DNA of 64,000 nt from an uncultured cyanobacterium (lineage in GTDB: Bacteria > Cyanobacteriota > Cyanobacteriia > Leptolyngbyales > Leptolyngbyaceae), in the NCBI GenBank assembly GCA_963766075.1, contig CAVYAN010000012.1:37507-101506 (forward strand). The letters are read 5' to 3'. Below the pieces are notes generated by a model. It ran no database searches. It was not told the origin of the DNA and saw only the letters and a program-made list of their open reading frames with translations. The position numbers and the translations under genes are program-made. This document shows, piece after piece, positions 1-10,730 of this stretch (positions are counted from its first letter, which is position 1; each line of letters starts with the position of its first letter).

Positions 1-568
1 CAATTCCCCCGGCCCACCGCAAATCTCGCCGAGTTTTCAGCACACACAGCAGCAACACCAAAAATCCACAGAGCAATGCCCCATCGAGCATGGCCATCCG
101 GCCCAAGCGCACCACCGGAATAAACGTCACGTACACCAGCGCCGCAAAAATCGCCGCATTGCGCTTTGGAAAAATTTCTCGCCCAATGTGAAACAGCACC
201 GGCACGGAAATGGCTGTCAGCACCGCTCCGGGCAATCGGGCTGTCCATTCCTGCACGCCTCCGATTTGATACGCGAGGGCAATGAGCCAATGGACCAGAG
301 GCGGCTTATTCAAATAAGGTGCCCCTCCCAGGGTGGGATGCAACCAGGTGAGGGCGTGACCACCCCCGTGCAGATCCTGCCAAATTTCCCGCCCCACCTG
401 TGCCACCAAGGCTTCGTCCCAATCTTTGAGCGGCAATTCCCCCAGATTCAGTAAAAAAACAGCCAACGCAACGCTCAACAGCGCTAAGGTCCAGAGGTAA
501 TCGACCCAGCGATGCCAAACAACGGGAATGTCTTTAAAGTCTTGCCATCGATTAATTTTTCGATCCAT
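1..568 (-). CDS. ArnT/PMT-like glycosyltransferase family 39 membrane protein (5' part, runs off the window)
   Basis: Manual translation from ATG at 568: MDRKINRW...LGELPLKDWDEALVAQVGREIW...PYLNKPPLVHWLIA...WTARLPGA; the DWDE and KPPL motifs are typical of GT39/ArnT. Confidence 0.85.
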   Translation of the reverse strand, partial: MDRKINRWQDFKDIPVVWHRWVDYLWTLALLSVALAVFLLNLGELPLKDWDEALVAQVGREIWQDLHGGGHALTWLHPTLGGAPYLNKPPLVHWLIALAYQIGGVQEWTARLPGAVLTAISVPVLFHIGREIFPKRNAAIFAALVYVTFIPVVRLGRMAMLDGALLCGFLVLLLCVLKTRRDLRWAGGI

Positions 569-816
569 TCCACCGGTTGGGTCAGTTTTTTGATTTTTCT
601 GGCTTGAGAATTGCTTAAGAGACGGTCAGGTAGCGAATACCGCTCCGGAAAGGCGGCAATAAAACTCTCAGAGAATTTTCATTGTTGTTTGCCAATGCCC
701 CCTGATACTTTAAATGATTACCTGGTACTGTAAATAGTAGTCTCATGCGTGCAGTATTCGGGGACTAGACAGTGTTTTAGGAGGCGGCGGATCCCCTTCG
801 CTTTCTGGAAGCGGGC

Positions 817-1542
817 ATGATGCCGGGATTTATCGCATTGGTTAACTTGTCATCCCTCAGTTTTTTCCATAGCCTCCGATCCGACCATCGCAACAAACAA
901 TTTGCGGTGATTGGTCTGGGGCGGTTTGGGCGAGCTGTTGCCCATACCCTACATCAGCAGGGTTACGATGTCCTGTGTGTGGATACTGACGAATCCAAGG
1001 TGGCACAAATTTTATCTGATCGGATTGCCACCCATGCCCGTCAACTCGATTCGACCCAGCCTGCGGCCCTGAAGGAAGCGGGAATTTTTGAGCAAGACAC
1101 GGTGATCGTGGCGATCGGGAACTACGTCCAGGAAAGCATCATCACCACCCTTAACGTCAAAGAAGGGGGCGTTCCCCACGTCGTCGCCAAAGCCTCTTCA
1201 GAGATTCACGTCAAATTACTCAAGAAAGTGGGGGCTGACCACGTTGTTTTCCCCGAGCATGAGATGGGCTGCGAACTGGCCCGATCCCTCACCCGTCCCG
1301 GCATTCTGGATCGGTTTGATCTGGATCCCGAAAACAGCATTGTTGAAGTGATTGTGCCGGAACAGTTTGACGGCAAAACCATTGCCGAGCTGAAATTTCG
1401 GAGCAGCTATGGGCTAAGTCTCCTGGCGATCGCCCATAACGGCAAATTTGCCATCAACCCCGCTCCCAGTCAACGCCTGGAGAAAGGCAGCCTCATGGTG
1501 GTGATTGGCTCAAACCAAAATATTGACCGTCTGCCAATCTAG
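817..1542 (+). CDS. ktrA: TrkA/KtrA potassium uptake regulatory subunit
   Basis: FAVIGLGRFG Rossmann motif plus TrkA-C domain; true start may be TTG at 838. Confidence 0.9.
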   Translation: MMPGFIALVNLSSLSFFHSLRSDHRNKQFAVIGLGRFGRAVAHTLHQQGYDVLCVDTDESKVAQILSDRIATHARQLDSTQPAALKEAGIFEQDTVIVAIGNYVQESIITTLNVKEGGVPHVVAKASSEIHVKLLKKVGADHVVFPEHEMGCELARSLTRPGILDRFDLDPENSIVEVIVPEQFDGKTIAELKFRSSYGLSLLAIAHNGKFAINPAPSQRLEKGSLMVVIGSNQNIDRLPI

Positions 1543-1585
1543 TCAAGTTCTAATCAGTCACAGCGCGGACCATCAGCGCGGTCCA

Positions 1586-2662
1586 TCAACCCAACGTCAG
1601 CCCCGTCGTGGCATCAAACACCCGCAGCGCGGCCAGATCCAGCGTGATCCCTAGGCGATCGCCCACCTGCACGCCGAGACTGGGTTCCACCCATAAAGTT
1701 AGGAACTGGTCCGTCCCCACTAGACGGGTCCGGACTAGAGTTTCCCGTCCCAAAGGTTCGATAACTGTCACCTCCGCCTTCAGCATCGCTGGGTCAGTAG
1801 CGATCCGCAGGTGTTCTGGACGGATGCCCAAGTCATAGCGCTGGCCCCGCACCAGTTGGAGTTGCCTTTGCCAGTTCACGGGACCAGCTATGCTCTGGTC
1901 ACCCATGTGCCATTGGTCTCCTTGATAAATCGCCGCCAGGATGTTCATGGGTGGATTGCCCAAAAAGGTAGCCACCATCCGATTTGCTGGGTAGTGATAA
2001 ATCATCTGCGGCGTGCCAACTTGTTGAATTCGCCCTTGATCCAAGACCACGATGCAATCTGCTAGGGTCATCGCCTCTACCTGATCGTGGGTCACATAGA
2101 CCGTAGTAATGCCAACGCGCTGATGCAGTTGCTTCAGTTCCACTCGGGTCCCATCCCGGAGTTGGGCATCCAAATTCGACAGTGGCTCATCCAGGAGAAA
2201 TACTTGGGGTTGGCGGGCGATCGCCCGTCCCAACGCCACCCGTTGCTGCTGTCCCCCCGACAACTGCTGGGGCAAGCGTTCCAACAAATGCGCAATATCC
2301 AACATCTGGGCCACGGCGGCCACCCGTGTGCGTACCGTGCCGGCCTCTACCTGCCGCATCCGTAGCCCAAAGGCCAAATTTTCGGCCACGCTCATGTGCG
2401 GATACAGCGCATAGTTTTGAAAGACCATCGCCACATCCCGTTGGCGCGCTGGGACCGCATTCATGTGGCGATCGCCGATGTATAGATCCCCAGAAGTCGC
2501 CGCTTCCAATCCCGCAATTGTTCTTAAAATCGTTGATTTGCCACAGCCCGATGGCCCCACCAAAACCCAAAACTCTCCATCCGGAATTTCAAAGGTAATA
2601 TCCGCAATACCTACCGTTCGCCCAAAACGCCGCGAAATCTGGTCTAATTTCACCCTAGCCAT
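1586..2662 (-). CDS. MalK-type sugar ABC transporter ATP-binding protein
   Basis: GPSGCGKST, VFQNYALYPHM, LSGGQQQR, LLDEPLSNLD, C-terminal TOBE-like region. Confidence 0.93.
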   Translation of the reverse strand: MARVKLDQISRRFGRTVGIADITFEIPDGEFWVLVGPSGCGKSTILRTIAGLEAATSGDLYIGDRHMNAVPARQRDVAMVFQNYALYPHMSVAENLAFGLRMRQVEAGTVRTRVAAVAQMLDIAHLLERLPQQLSGGQQQRVALGRAIARQPQVFLLDEPLSNLDAQLRDGTRVELKQLHQRVGITTVYVTHDQVEAMTLADCIVVLDQGRIQQVGTPQMIYHYPANRMVATFLGNPPMNILAAIYQGDQWHMGDQSIAGPVNWQRQLQLVRGQRYDLGIRPEHLRIATDPAMLKAEVTVIEPLGRETLVRTRLVGTDQFLTLWVEPSLGVQVGDRLGITLDLAALRVFDATTGLTLG

Positions 2663-2910
2663 TACCGCTCATCTCCTGAATTTCCTAATGTAACGTCGGT
2701 TTAACCGGTCCTTTTCCTTGACGAATCCGGATGCTCGCGCAGTGCGGCACAGGCAAAATGCGCGAACATCCGGATGCCTATGACCCTAAACCCTCCGGGC
2801 TTCCGTAGGAATACGATTTCATCTGGCGGGGTTCTCCCCTTCAATGGAAAGGCACGAAGAATCCATCTTCGGTTCATCTATCAATATTATTTATCTTTCG
2901 GGAGTCACAG

Positions 2911-3267
2911 ATGGCCATTGAAAATCATCCAGACGTTCGGGTGATCAGACCGCAAGGAATTGTGACCGCTACCACCTCGGAAGCCTTAATCCAAGAATTA
3001 AATGAGTGCACCGCTGCAAAGATCAAAATGGTCGTATTGGATCTGAGTGGGGTGAGCTTTATCGATAGTTTTGGACTAGGCACCTTGGTGACAATGCGTA
3101 CTAAACTCATGCTGGCAGGTAGCACCCTCTACCTTGCGGGATTGCAGGACCAAGCAAGCTGCCTGCTTGAGTTTTCTGATCTTCTAGCAATTTTCGACAT
3201 TTTTACCAGTGTCAAGGAATTCTTTGCGGTAAAGATCTATAAAAATCAGGTTGTTCTCGTTAAGTAG
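2911..3267 (+). CDS. STAS-domain anti-sigma factor antagonist
   Basis: VVLDLSGVSFIDSFGLG motif. Confidence 0.85.
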   Translation: MAIENHPDVRVIRPQGIVTATTSEALIQELNECTAAKIKMVVLDLSGVSFIDSFGLGTLVTMRTKLMLAGSTLYLAGLQDQASCLLEFSDLLAIFDIFTSVKEFFAVKIYKNQVVLVK

Positions 3268-3435
3268 GCCCCTAGAGCCAACAGGCCGGTGAAAGACAGG
3301 CAGGCGAAAACGCAGGACATGGCGGGATTCCTCCCCCCACGCAGGCAATGATTATCCTTTATGCAAAAGCCCCTAATTGTTTTAGGGGCTTTTGCATTGG
3401 CAAGTATATTTGACCGCGATATTTGACCGCGATCG

Positions 3436-3795
3436 CTAAAATTCGTCGTAGCCAGCGCCCGTCGCTGTTTCGGCATCCCGCTTAGAACCCATTAGCTCCA
3501 AGCGTTCGACGCGGATTACGGGCTTAGACCGTTTGGCCCCAGAGTTGCGATCGGTCCAATACTCAAATTTCAGGGCACCCGTCACGCCAATTTGGCTCCC
3601 CTTGCGCACATAGTTTGCCGCCACCTCGGCCTGTTTTCCCCACAGTTCTAAGTTAAACCAGTCAGGCTGATCATTATTCCGTGTGGCGCGATTGACCGCC
3701 AGCGTCAGGTTGCACACGACACTACCCGACTCAAAGTACTTCACATCCGGATCTCCCCCGACCCGGCCCACCAAGATGACTGTATTCAAACTCAT
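3436..3795 (-). CDS. ssb: single-stranded DNA-binding protein
   Basis: MSLNTVILVGRVGGDP...LWGKQAE...KGSQIGVTG, acidic C-terminal DEF. Confidence 0.95.
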   Translation of the reverse strand: MSLNTVILVGRVGGDPDVKYFESGSVVCNLTLAVNRATRNNDQPDWFNLELWGKQAEVAANYVRKGSQIGVTGALKFEYWTDRNSGAKRSKPVIRVERLELMGSKRDAETATGAGYDEF

Positions 3796-4699
3796 AAGGT
3801 TTACCCGATTTCCCGTGTCCTGATTAGAATTCTGGAATCATACCGTTCTATTTTAGAAGGGATCAACCCAATTGATTAGTACGGAGGTATTGTGGATCGT
3901 GACACCCCAATCGGGGTGTAGAACCATCTTGTCCAAACATCCTGTCCAAAAATATGTGAAATCATCATCGATGCTCTGAATTGCATCAGCGATTCCAATG
4001 GAACAAATTCTAGATGGGAAACCATTCCGGGTCCGATTAGGCGGTCCGCCTGTATCCATCACCCATCAGCTATACGTTGATTTAATCGCCCAAATTAATC
4101 AAACAAATATCCCAATTTTGGGGGCCAATTTTTGCGGTCGGGGTGAAGAGAGCCAGTCGAACCTAGATTTACGTGTTCACTCAAAGCATAAAATTGACGG
4201 TAGGATGACAACAGGCGATCGCAAGGCTAATCATCCCAGATTAATTTTCACGGATGATCTAGATCTAATCTATATGGTTTTGTTGTTAGACAAATAATTG
4301 TGTCGATCAAGCGGAGACAAGGCTTCTAGGTCAAGCATACTTAATGCTTAGGGTTGGGATTGGTAAAATTCATAGGGTCCATTCCACAAATCCGTGAATA
4401 AAGTAGCCTCCAAGTAATAGCCACCTAAGTAGTCCGGATTAAACTTCTATCGATTGAATACAGCAGCGCCATGAAGAGCGCTTCAACATAACAGGACAGT
4501 AGTTTGATATAAGTAATGCAAGCTACACAAGCGCAGACTACACAAGATCGAGACTGACGCGAAAAGATCCGCTTTTAATTGACTCGATTTGACTGACTCA
4601 TTTGATTGACTAGACGATTGATGCGAAACGTAATAAGATTCAACCTGAATTATGTTCGGTAATTCCACCCAATTATTATTAGCAGAGGCATAGGGACCA

Positions 4700-5737
4700 G
4701 TGGGACTTTTCAGTCGCTTTTCCCTTTCACGGGACATGGGTATTGATCTAGGCACAGCCAACACCTTGGTGTATGTGTCTGGGAAAGGAATTGTATTGCA
4801 GGAGCCCTCGGTCGTCGCCATCGACCAGGATGCGAAGGTCGCCCTCGCCGTTGGAGAGGATGCGAAACGGATGCTGGGACGGACTCCAGGAAATGTGGTG
4901 GCACTCCGTCCGCTCCGTGATGGCGTGATTGCTGACTTTGACACGGCGGAGCTGATGTTGAAGCATTTCATCACCCGTGTGAACGAAGGCAAAGCATTGG
5001 TTGCCCCTCGCATTGTGATTGGGATTCCAAGTGGGGTAACGGGTGTGGAGCGCCGCGCTGTGATGGATGCCGCTTCTCAGGCAGGAGCGCGGGACGTGTA
5101 TCTCATTGACGAGCCTGTGGCTGCGGCCATTGGTGCGGGTTTGCCGGTGGCAGAGCCTACTGGAAATATGATTATCGATATTGGGGGCGGTACGACGGAA
5201 GTTGCCGTTTTGAGTCTGCAGGGTACGGTGATCAGCGAGTCCGTTAGGGTAGCTGGGGACGAACTGACGGAGGCGATCGCGGCCTACATGAAGAAAGTGC
5301 ATAACCTGGTGATTGGGGAGCGCACCGCCGAAGACATTAAAACCACGATCGGTTCTGCCTACCCCGTGGATGACGACGCCACCATGGAAGTGCGGGGCTT
5401 ACACCTGCTGTCTGGGCTACCCCGGACGGTGGCGGTCAAGAGCGCCGAAATTCGCGAAAGTATGGCAGAGCCGCTAGCGGTGATTATTGACGCCGTTAAG
5501 CGTACCCTGGAGCGTACTCCCCCAGAATTGGCCGCCGACATTATTGATCGGGGCATTATGCTGGCGGGCGGTGGTGCTCTCCTGAAGGGCCTGGACACAT
5601 TGATTAGCCATGAAACCGGGATCGTCGTCCATGTGGCTGCGGATCCGCTGAGCTGTGTTGTTTTGGGTACAGGGCGGGTTCTCGAGAACTTTAAGCAACT
5701 GGAGCGGGTATTCAGTGGTCGCTCTCGCACCCTGTAG
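4700..5737 (+). CDS. mreB: rod shape-determining protein MreB
   Basis: [32 protein letters not shown]. Confidence 0.98.
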   Translation: MGLFSRFSLSRDMGIDLGTANTLVYVSGKGIVLQEPSVVAIDQDAKVALAVGEDAKRMLGRTPGNVVALRPLRDGVIADFDTAELMLKHFITRVNEGKALVAPRIVIGIPSGVTGVERRAVMDAASQAGARDVYLIDEPVAAAIGAGLPVAEPTGNMIIDIGGGTTEVAVLSLQGTVISESVRVAGDELTEAIAAYMKKVHNLVIGERTAEDIKTTIGSAYPVDDDATMEVRGLHLLSGLPRTVAVKSAEIRESMAEPLAVIIDAVKRTLERTPPELAADIIDRGIMLAGGGALLKGLDTLISHETGIVVHVAADPLSCVVLGTGRVLENFKQLERVFSGRSRTL

Positions 5738-5822
5738 TCGTCTGTGTTACCCCTAACCGTCCGAATCTAAGCTCGAATTAAGACCAGATATCCAGACCAA
5801 ACATCCAGAACTTGTTTGCCGA

Positions 5823-6887
5823 ATGTTTACACTCCGTCGCTGGTGGGATCGACACCGATTGCAAGTCGCGCTCCTGGGTGCCGCCCTAGGTGCCGCTGCT
5901 TTGGTGCGGCAAACGGGGGCTGGATTTGTGTTTGAGACATATCAGTTACTCACACGCCCGTTCCATCCTAACGAGATGCAGGAGCGCGTTCTGGACAATG
6001 CGCAGTTTCAAGAACTGCAACAGCGGTTGACAGAACTGGAAAGCCAAAACCAAAAGCTGCAAGAGCTTTTGGGGTATATGAAACAGCAGCGTCAGGTCGG
6101 GATTCCGGCTCCGGTGGTGGGACGCAGTGCTGATCACTGGTGGCAGCAGTTGGTCCTGGGCCGTGGCAGTAACGATGGCATTAAGGTCGGCGATGTGGTG
6201 ATGGCTCCGGGCGGGGTAATTGGCCGGATCACTAACGTGACGCCCAATACCAGCCGCGTGTTGCTGCTCAGTGATCCATCGAGCCGGACAGGGGTGGCCA
6301 TTAGCCGTAGCCGCTCTATGGGCTACATGCGTGGGCAATCGGGGAATCGGGCCATTATGGAGTTTTTTGACAAAGTGCCGGATGTGCGGCGGGGGGATGT
6401 GGTTTCGACCTCGGCGTTTAGTCAATTGTTTCCTGCCAGTTTGCCCGTGGGGCGGGTAGAGTCCGTCAATCTGAGCAAGAGTCCTGCGCCGGAAGCCGTA
6501 ATTGAGCTGTCTTCTCCCGTGAGTTATCTAGAGTGGGCGGTCATTTACCCCCATACCAATGGGGTTCAGCTCGGTGCCCCCACCAAGTCCGGTAATGTTA
6601 ATCCACCGATTTCCGGAGGCTCGTCCGATGCCGATGCCCCGAAGGCTGGCGGCAGTTCCGGAGGTGCATGGTCTCAGCCTGTGAATTCCCAACCGTTTAA
6701 TGCTGAGGCCCCGGCGCGATCGCCTGCGCCCGCGCCATCGGTTGCCCCCCCGGTCAATGCGCCTTCCCCGGAAGTTGCTGCCCCAGCACAGTCCCCAGCC
6801 GACCCTGCAGCATCTTCTCCCCCTTCAGCCCCTGAGCCTGTTTCTCCGTCCTTGGATGTGGATCCTGTTCCCAGTCCTAGCCCATGA
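5823..6887 (+). CDS. mreC: rod shape-determining protein MreC with Pro/Ala-rich tail
   Basis: Follows mreB; coiled coil, GSNDGIKVGDVV and SRVLLLSD motifs. Confidence 0.93.
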   Translation: MFTLRRWWDRHRLQVALLGAALGAAALVRQTGAGFVFETYQLLTRPFHPNEMQERVLDNAQFQELQQRLTELESQNQKLQELLGYMKQQRQVGIPAPVVGRSADHWWQQLVLGRGSNDGIKVGDVVMAPGGVIGRITNVTPNTSRVLLLSDPSSRTGVAISRSRSMGYMRGQSGNRAIMEFFDKVPDVRRGDVVSTSAFSQLFPASLPVGRVESVNLSKSPAPEAVIELSSPVSYLEWAVIYPHTNGVQLGAPTKSGNVNPPISGGSSDADAPKAGGSSGGAWSQPVNSQPFNAEAPARSPAPAPSVAPPVNAPSPEVAAPAQSPADPAASSPPSAPEPVSPSLDVDPVPSPSP

Positions 6888-7444
6888 AAAGCGCACCGTT
6901 AGATAACCTCCGGGAGAATCCGGTTCAGCGCTTGCTGCTGAATTGTGCCGTGACGGCGGGGTCGGTGATGCTGTGCCTGTTGATTATGCCGACGCGCTTG
7001 CCGGGGATGGAATTGGCTGGGATTGGCCCCAATTGGCTCCTGATCTGGGTGGTGGCCTGGAGCGTGAAGCGTTCCATGTTCCAGGGGGCCTTGGCAGGGT
7101 TAGTTCTGGGGCTCCTGCAAGATGGAATGACGGCCCCGGACCCGACCCATGTGCTGAGCCTAATCGTGGTGGGTGTGCTGACGGCCCGCATTCGTAAAGA
7201 GCGCTACATTCAGGAAGACTTTATCTCCATTGCCCTGATTGCCTTTGCCATGGCGGTGGTATCGGAGACGGTGATGGCGATTCAGTACAGCATTGCTGGG
7301 GAGCGATCGCTGATCGAAATCTGGCAATACCACCAACTGATTGCCCTCAGTTCTGCGATTTTGAGCAGTCTCTGGGCGCCTGCGATTTACTTCCCGCTGA
7401 ATCTTTGGTGGCAGCGGATGAGCGCCATAGAACAAGCGCCATAG
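6884..7444 (+). CDS. mreD: rod shape-determining protein MreD
   Basis: Hydrophobic, ATGA-coupled to mreC, PNWLLIWVVAWS motif. Confidence 0.92.
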   Translation: MKSAPLDNLRENPVQRLLLNCAVTAGSVMLCLLIMPTRLPGMELAGIGPNWLLIWVVAWSVKRSMFQGALAGLVLGLLQDGMTAPDPTHVLSLIVVGVLTARIRKERYIQEDFISIALIAFAMAVVSETVMAIQYSIAGERSLIEIWQYHQLIALSSAILSSLWAPAIYFPLNLWWQRMSAIEQAP

Positions 7445-7459
7445 AACGCGCCATAGAAC
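7422..7459 (+). repeat. GCGCCATAGAAC x3 spanning the mreD stop codon
   Basis: Copies at 7422, 7436 and 7448. Confidence 0.85.
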
Positions 7460-7552
7460 AGAACACCCGTAGGCATTACAGGGCGCTCCTCCGATCTGTC
7501 GGAAAATTTAGTCAGTCGGAGCGAGCAGTCGGGAAATTAGTCAGTCGGGAAA

Positions 7553-8098
7553 TTAGTTAGTCAGACCTGTGGCCAGGATGGCCTGCCGGATGGCCTGTTT
7601 CTGGGCCTCATCATAGTCCCAGCGAGTTAAGAAGGCTTGGTACTCGCCTGCGCCCGTATCAATGCTGGTGATGAGCTGGTGGGCCTGGGTTTGCAGGTGA
7701 GGACGGGGGAGAGACTGGATCAACCGCAGGGTCCGCGATCGCACCCGATCCGATCCCTGGGCTGAGGCTTCATCGTCGTGGCGGCGGTGGGTGAGAGCCA
7801 TGGCCGTGGACATGGCCAAATTCTTCATCAGTAAGGGACTCACCGTTGTGGGTGATGCTGCCAGGGCCGTAGCCACCGACGGAAGCAGAGGCTCCATTGC
7901 GGGGCGATCATCACTCAAATACACGACAAAAAAGCCCCGTGCACCATTTTCGGTGCGAACCAGGGCCGCGATTGCGGCTGGCCAATCCACTAGAGCCGGA
8001 GTCTCCGCTACGGCTTGCTCTAATACCTCTTGGCTTAAGGTCATCGCCTGCTCAAAGCTTGGAGCTTCTGGCACGATAAATCTTGAGTCAACTGTCAT
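7553..8098 (-). CDS. conserved cyanobacterial hypothetical protein
   Basis: MTVDSRFIVPEAPSFEQAM...NGARGFFVVYL...LMKNLAMSTAM; the longer 7553..8623 ORF overlaps ruvB antisense. Confidence 0.7.
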   Translation of the reverse strand: MTVDSRFIVPEAPSFEQAMTLSQEVLEQAVAETPALVDWPAAIAALVRTENGARGFFVVYLSDDRPAMEPLLPSVATALAASPTTVSPLLMKNLAMSTAMALTHRRHDDEASAQGSDRVRSRTLRLIQSLPRPHLQTQAHQLITSIDTGAGEYQAFLTRWDYDEAQKQAIRQAILATGLTN

Positions 8099-8183
8099 CG
8101 TTAGGGATTCTCCCGGTATGATTGATGAGTATATTTGATTTAGATTCTTGATCTCAAGCGTTTGAATACCTTGCTCTCGCGCT

Positions 8184-9478
8184 ATGGCCATTATCTCGTC
8201 TCGCAAAGCCATCGCCAATGCCGATGCATCGGATCCCCAGGACAAATCCGCCGCCGCCGAGGCCCCACTGGAAGCGTTGATCGCAGCGATCGCCCTCCCC
8301 CCAGCGGATTTGCCGCCTGAGAATCGGCTGCCGGGGATCCGCTGCCAGGGGATCCGCCTGTGTTGCCCGAAGATACTCCGCATGTGGCGAGTCCCGGCAA
8401 TTCTGCCCCGACCAAGGCCCCGACTCCGGCCAAGGCCCCTGCGGCTCTGCCCAAAACCCCAACCGACCTGCTGAAGCCCCAGGCCGAACCCGAAGAACGT
8501 AGCAAGCAAGAAGAGCGCCTTCGTCCACAAATTATTTCCGACTATATTGGGCAAAAGGCACTGAAGGAAGTCCTGGACATCGCCATCAAAGCTGCGAAGG
8601 TCCGTCAAGAGTCCCTGGACCATCTGTTGCTCTATGGGCCACCGGGACTGGGCAAAACTACAATGTCTTTAATTTTAGCCGCAGAAATGGGCGTGAACTG
8701 TAAGATTACCAGCGCGCCAGCCTTGGAGCGGCCCCGAGATATTGTCGGCCTCTTGGTCAATCTGGAGGCGGGGGACATTTTATTCATCGATGAAATTCAT
8801 CGCCTGTCGCGGGTGACGGAGGAAATTCTCTATCCTGCTATGGAAGATTATCGTCTGGACATCACCATTGGCAAAGGGTCGAGTGCTCGCACGCGATCGC
8901 TCCCCTTACCCCGATTTACCCTGGTGGGCGCAACGACCCGTGTGGGGGCGTTGACCTCTCCCCTGCGCGATCGCTTTGGCCTGATCCAGCGCCTCCGCTT
9001 CTACGAACTGGATGAACTGACCCAAATCATTCTCCGCACGGCTAGGCTTCTGAATACGCCGATTACTTCCACAGGCGCAGAAGAAATTGCACGGCGATCG
9101 CGGGGCACCCCTCGGATTGCCAATCGCCTGCTGAAGCGGGTGCGGGACTATATGCAAGTCAAGGAAACGGGGGAAATCAGTCAGGCGATCGCAGCGGAAG
9201 CCCTAGAACTGTTCAACGTCGATCCCTGTGGACTGGACTGGACCGATCGCCGTCTGCTCACCTTTATGATTGAGCATTTCAACGGCGGACCAGTGGGCCT
9301 AGAAACCATGGCCGCCTCTACCGGTGAAGATGCCCAAACCATTGAGGAAGTCTACGAGCCGTACCTGCTGCAAATTGGCTATCTGAACCGCACCCCGCGC
9401 GGTCGCATTGCTACCCCAGCCGCCTGGAAACACCTGGGGTTCAAGCCTCCCGATAGTCAGCTTTCCCTGCTGACTTGA
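8184..9478 (+). CDS. ruvB: Holliday junction helicase RuvB; apparent frameshift at about 8330-8360 after the MAIISS N-terminus
   Basis: [38 protein letters not shown]; the cyanobacterial MAIISS start at 8184 is in another frame. Confidence 0.93.
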
Positions 9479-9501
9479 TCGATCCCCATGACGGCATGGC
9501 C

Positions 9502-10443
9502 TTATTCTCTGGCCGATATCCAGAAATAATCGGCACTATTGGGGGGCGGTTCTGCGGTCAGCGCGGCCTCTGGATTGAGCAAAATCCTGGCCTGTTGTAG
9601 ATGTGGCAGACGGCGCAGCACCCGATCAGGGATGCCCTCACCATATAGGATGTGTCCCTGCCCTACCAAGACAATGATGAGCGCGTCGGGATAACGCTTC
9701 GACGTATCGGCAATCCGTTCCGCCATGGTTTCATCCCAGAGCACTTGGGCTTGGAAGAAGCGATCGAAGTTTTGGCTATTGGTTTTGCCTGAATGAAAGG
9801 ATTCATAGATCGTGAGTAAGCGTTGGCGATAGGTCGGCGGGCCCAGGGCGATCGCCCCCAGAGGCGGGATAAAGCGGCGTTCTATCCAAGTCAGACTTTC
9901 CAACCCTTGGCGGGCCACTTTGCGGGTGACTTCACTGGGCGTATTCAAGGCAATCACGGGCAGGCGATTGGCCTGGGCAAAGCGCAGGATCGGCGCATAG
10001 AATTCCCAGGGAAATCCCCACCGCTTTTGATAATCGCTGCGGGTTTTGAGCTGCGTTTCAGTGATTTTCTCGGCTAGGTAGGCATTCAGCAGGGGCTGGG
10101 CAGGCCGCTGAAACATTTCCATGGCAATGATCAGCCGGGGACGGTGCGTATGCAGCGCTTCAATGATGGCCCGTTGCGCGGCATGATCGGCGGGGCGATC
10201 GTGGGTTTCCCCCAGATACACAACATCGACAGTGGCCAGATGGGCGATCGCCTGGGGCGGCGATTCGGTCGTTTTCTGGGCGACATTCTGCACCGTTACG
10301 CCATCCCAGGGGACGGTCACTTCCTGCTCCGTAGGCGCTGCGATGGCAAGCGGCAGGTTCAGAAACAGGGATGCCCCAACCGGCATCCAGAGCAGGAATC
10401 CCACCAGACCAACCCGAATCAGCAAAACCTTGATGTGAGGCAT
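9502..10443 (-). CDS. ChaN/DUF399 family (heme-uptake-like) exported protein
   Basis: VVYLGETHD, AMEMFQRP, AQVLWDETMA, LVGQGH; signal-like N-terminus from ATG 10443. Confidence 0.85.
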   Translation of the reverse strand: MPHIKVLLIRVGLVGFLLWMPVGASLFLNLPLAIAAPTEQEVTVPWDGVTVQNVAQKTTESPPQAIAHLATVDVVYLGETHDRPADHAAQRAIIEALHTHRPRLIIAMEMFQRPAQPLLNAYLAEKITETQLKTRSDYQKRWGFPWEFYAPILRFAQANRLPVIALNTPSEVTRKVARQGLESLTWIERRFIPPLGAIALGPPTYRQRLLTIYESFHSGKTNSQNFDRFFQAQVLWDETMAERIADTSKRYPDALIIVLVGQGHILYGEGIPDRVLRRLPHLQQARILLNPEAALTAEPPPNSADYFWISARE

Positions 10444-10730
10444 GGGCCAGGATTGGGTGGATCTCAATACGTCATATTCCAACGCATCCAGGCTACACGA
10501 ATTTTGCGGGTGCTGCCCAGCACAATTGCTCCGCTCCAAAGAGCCGCCCCAAAGAGCCGCCCCAAAGAGAAACGTTCCATTGGGACACCTGTGCAATGCC
10601 AATGGAACGCCTGAGAGATGCTCATCCTGTTCATTAGAGTAGAAGAACGCTGGCGGGCTGTCAGCGCTGATTCGTGAAACCAATTTTCCAAATTTGGAAA
10701 CCCCTTGACCAAATTTGGAAGATTGAACGC

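Noticed and set aside
3853..4297. Small ORFs in the AT-rich ssb-mreB gap
   Set aside because: No recognisable motifs; more likely a regulatory region, though it cannot be excluded.
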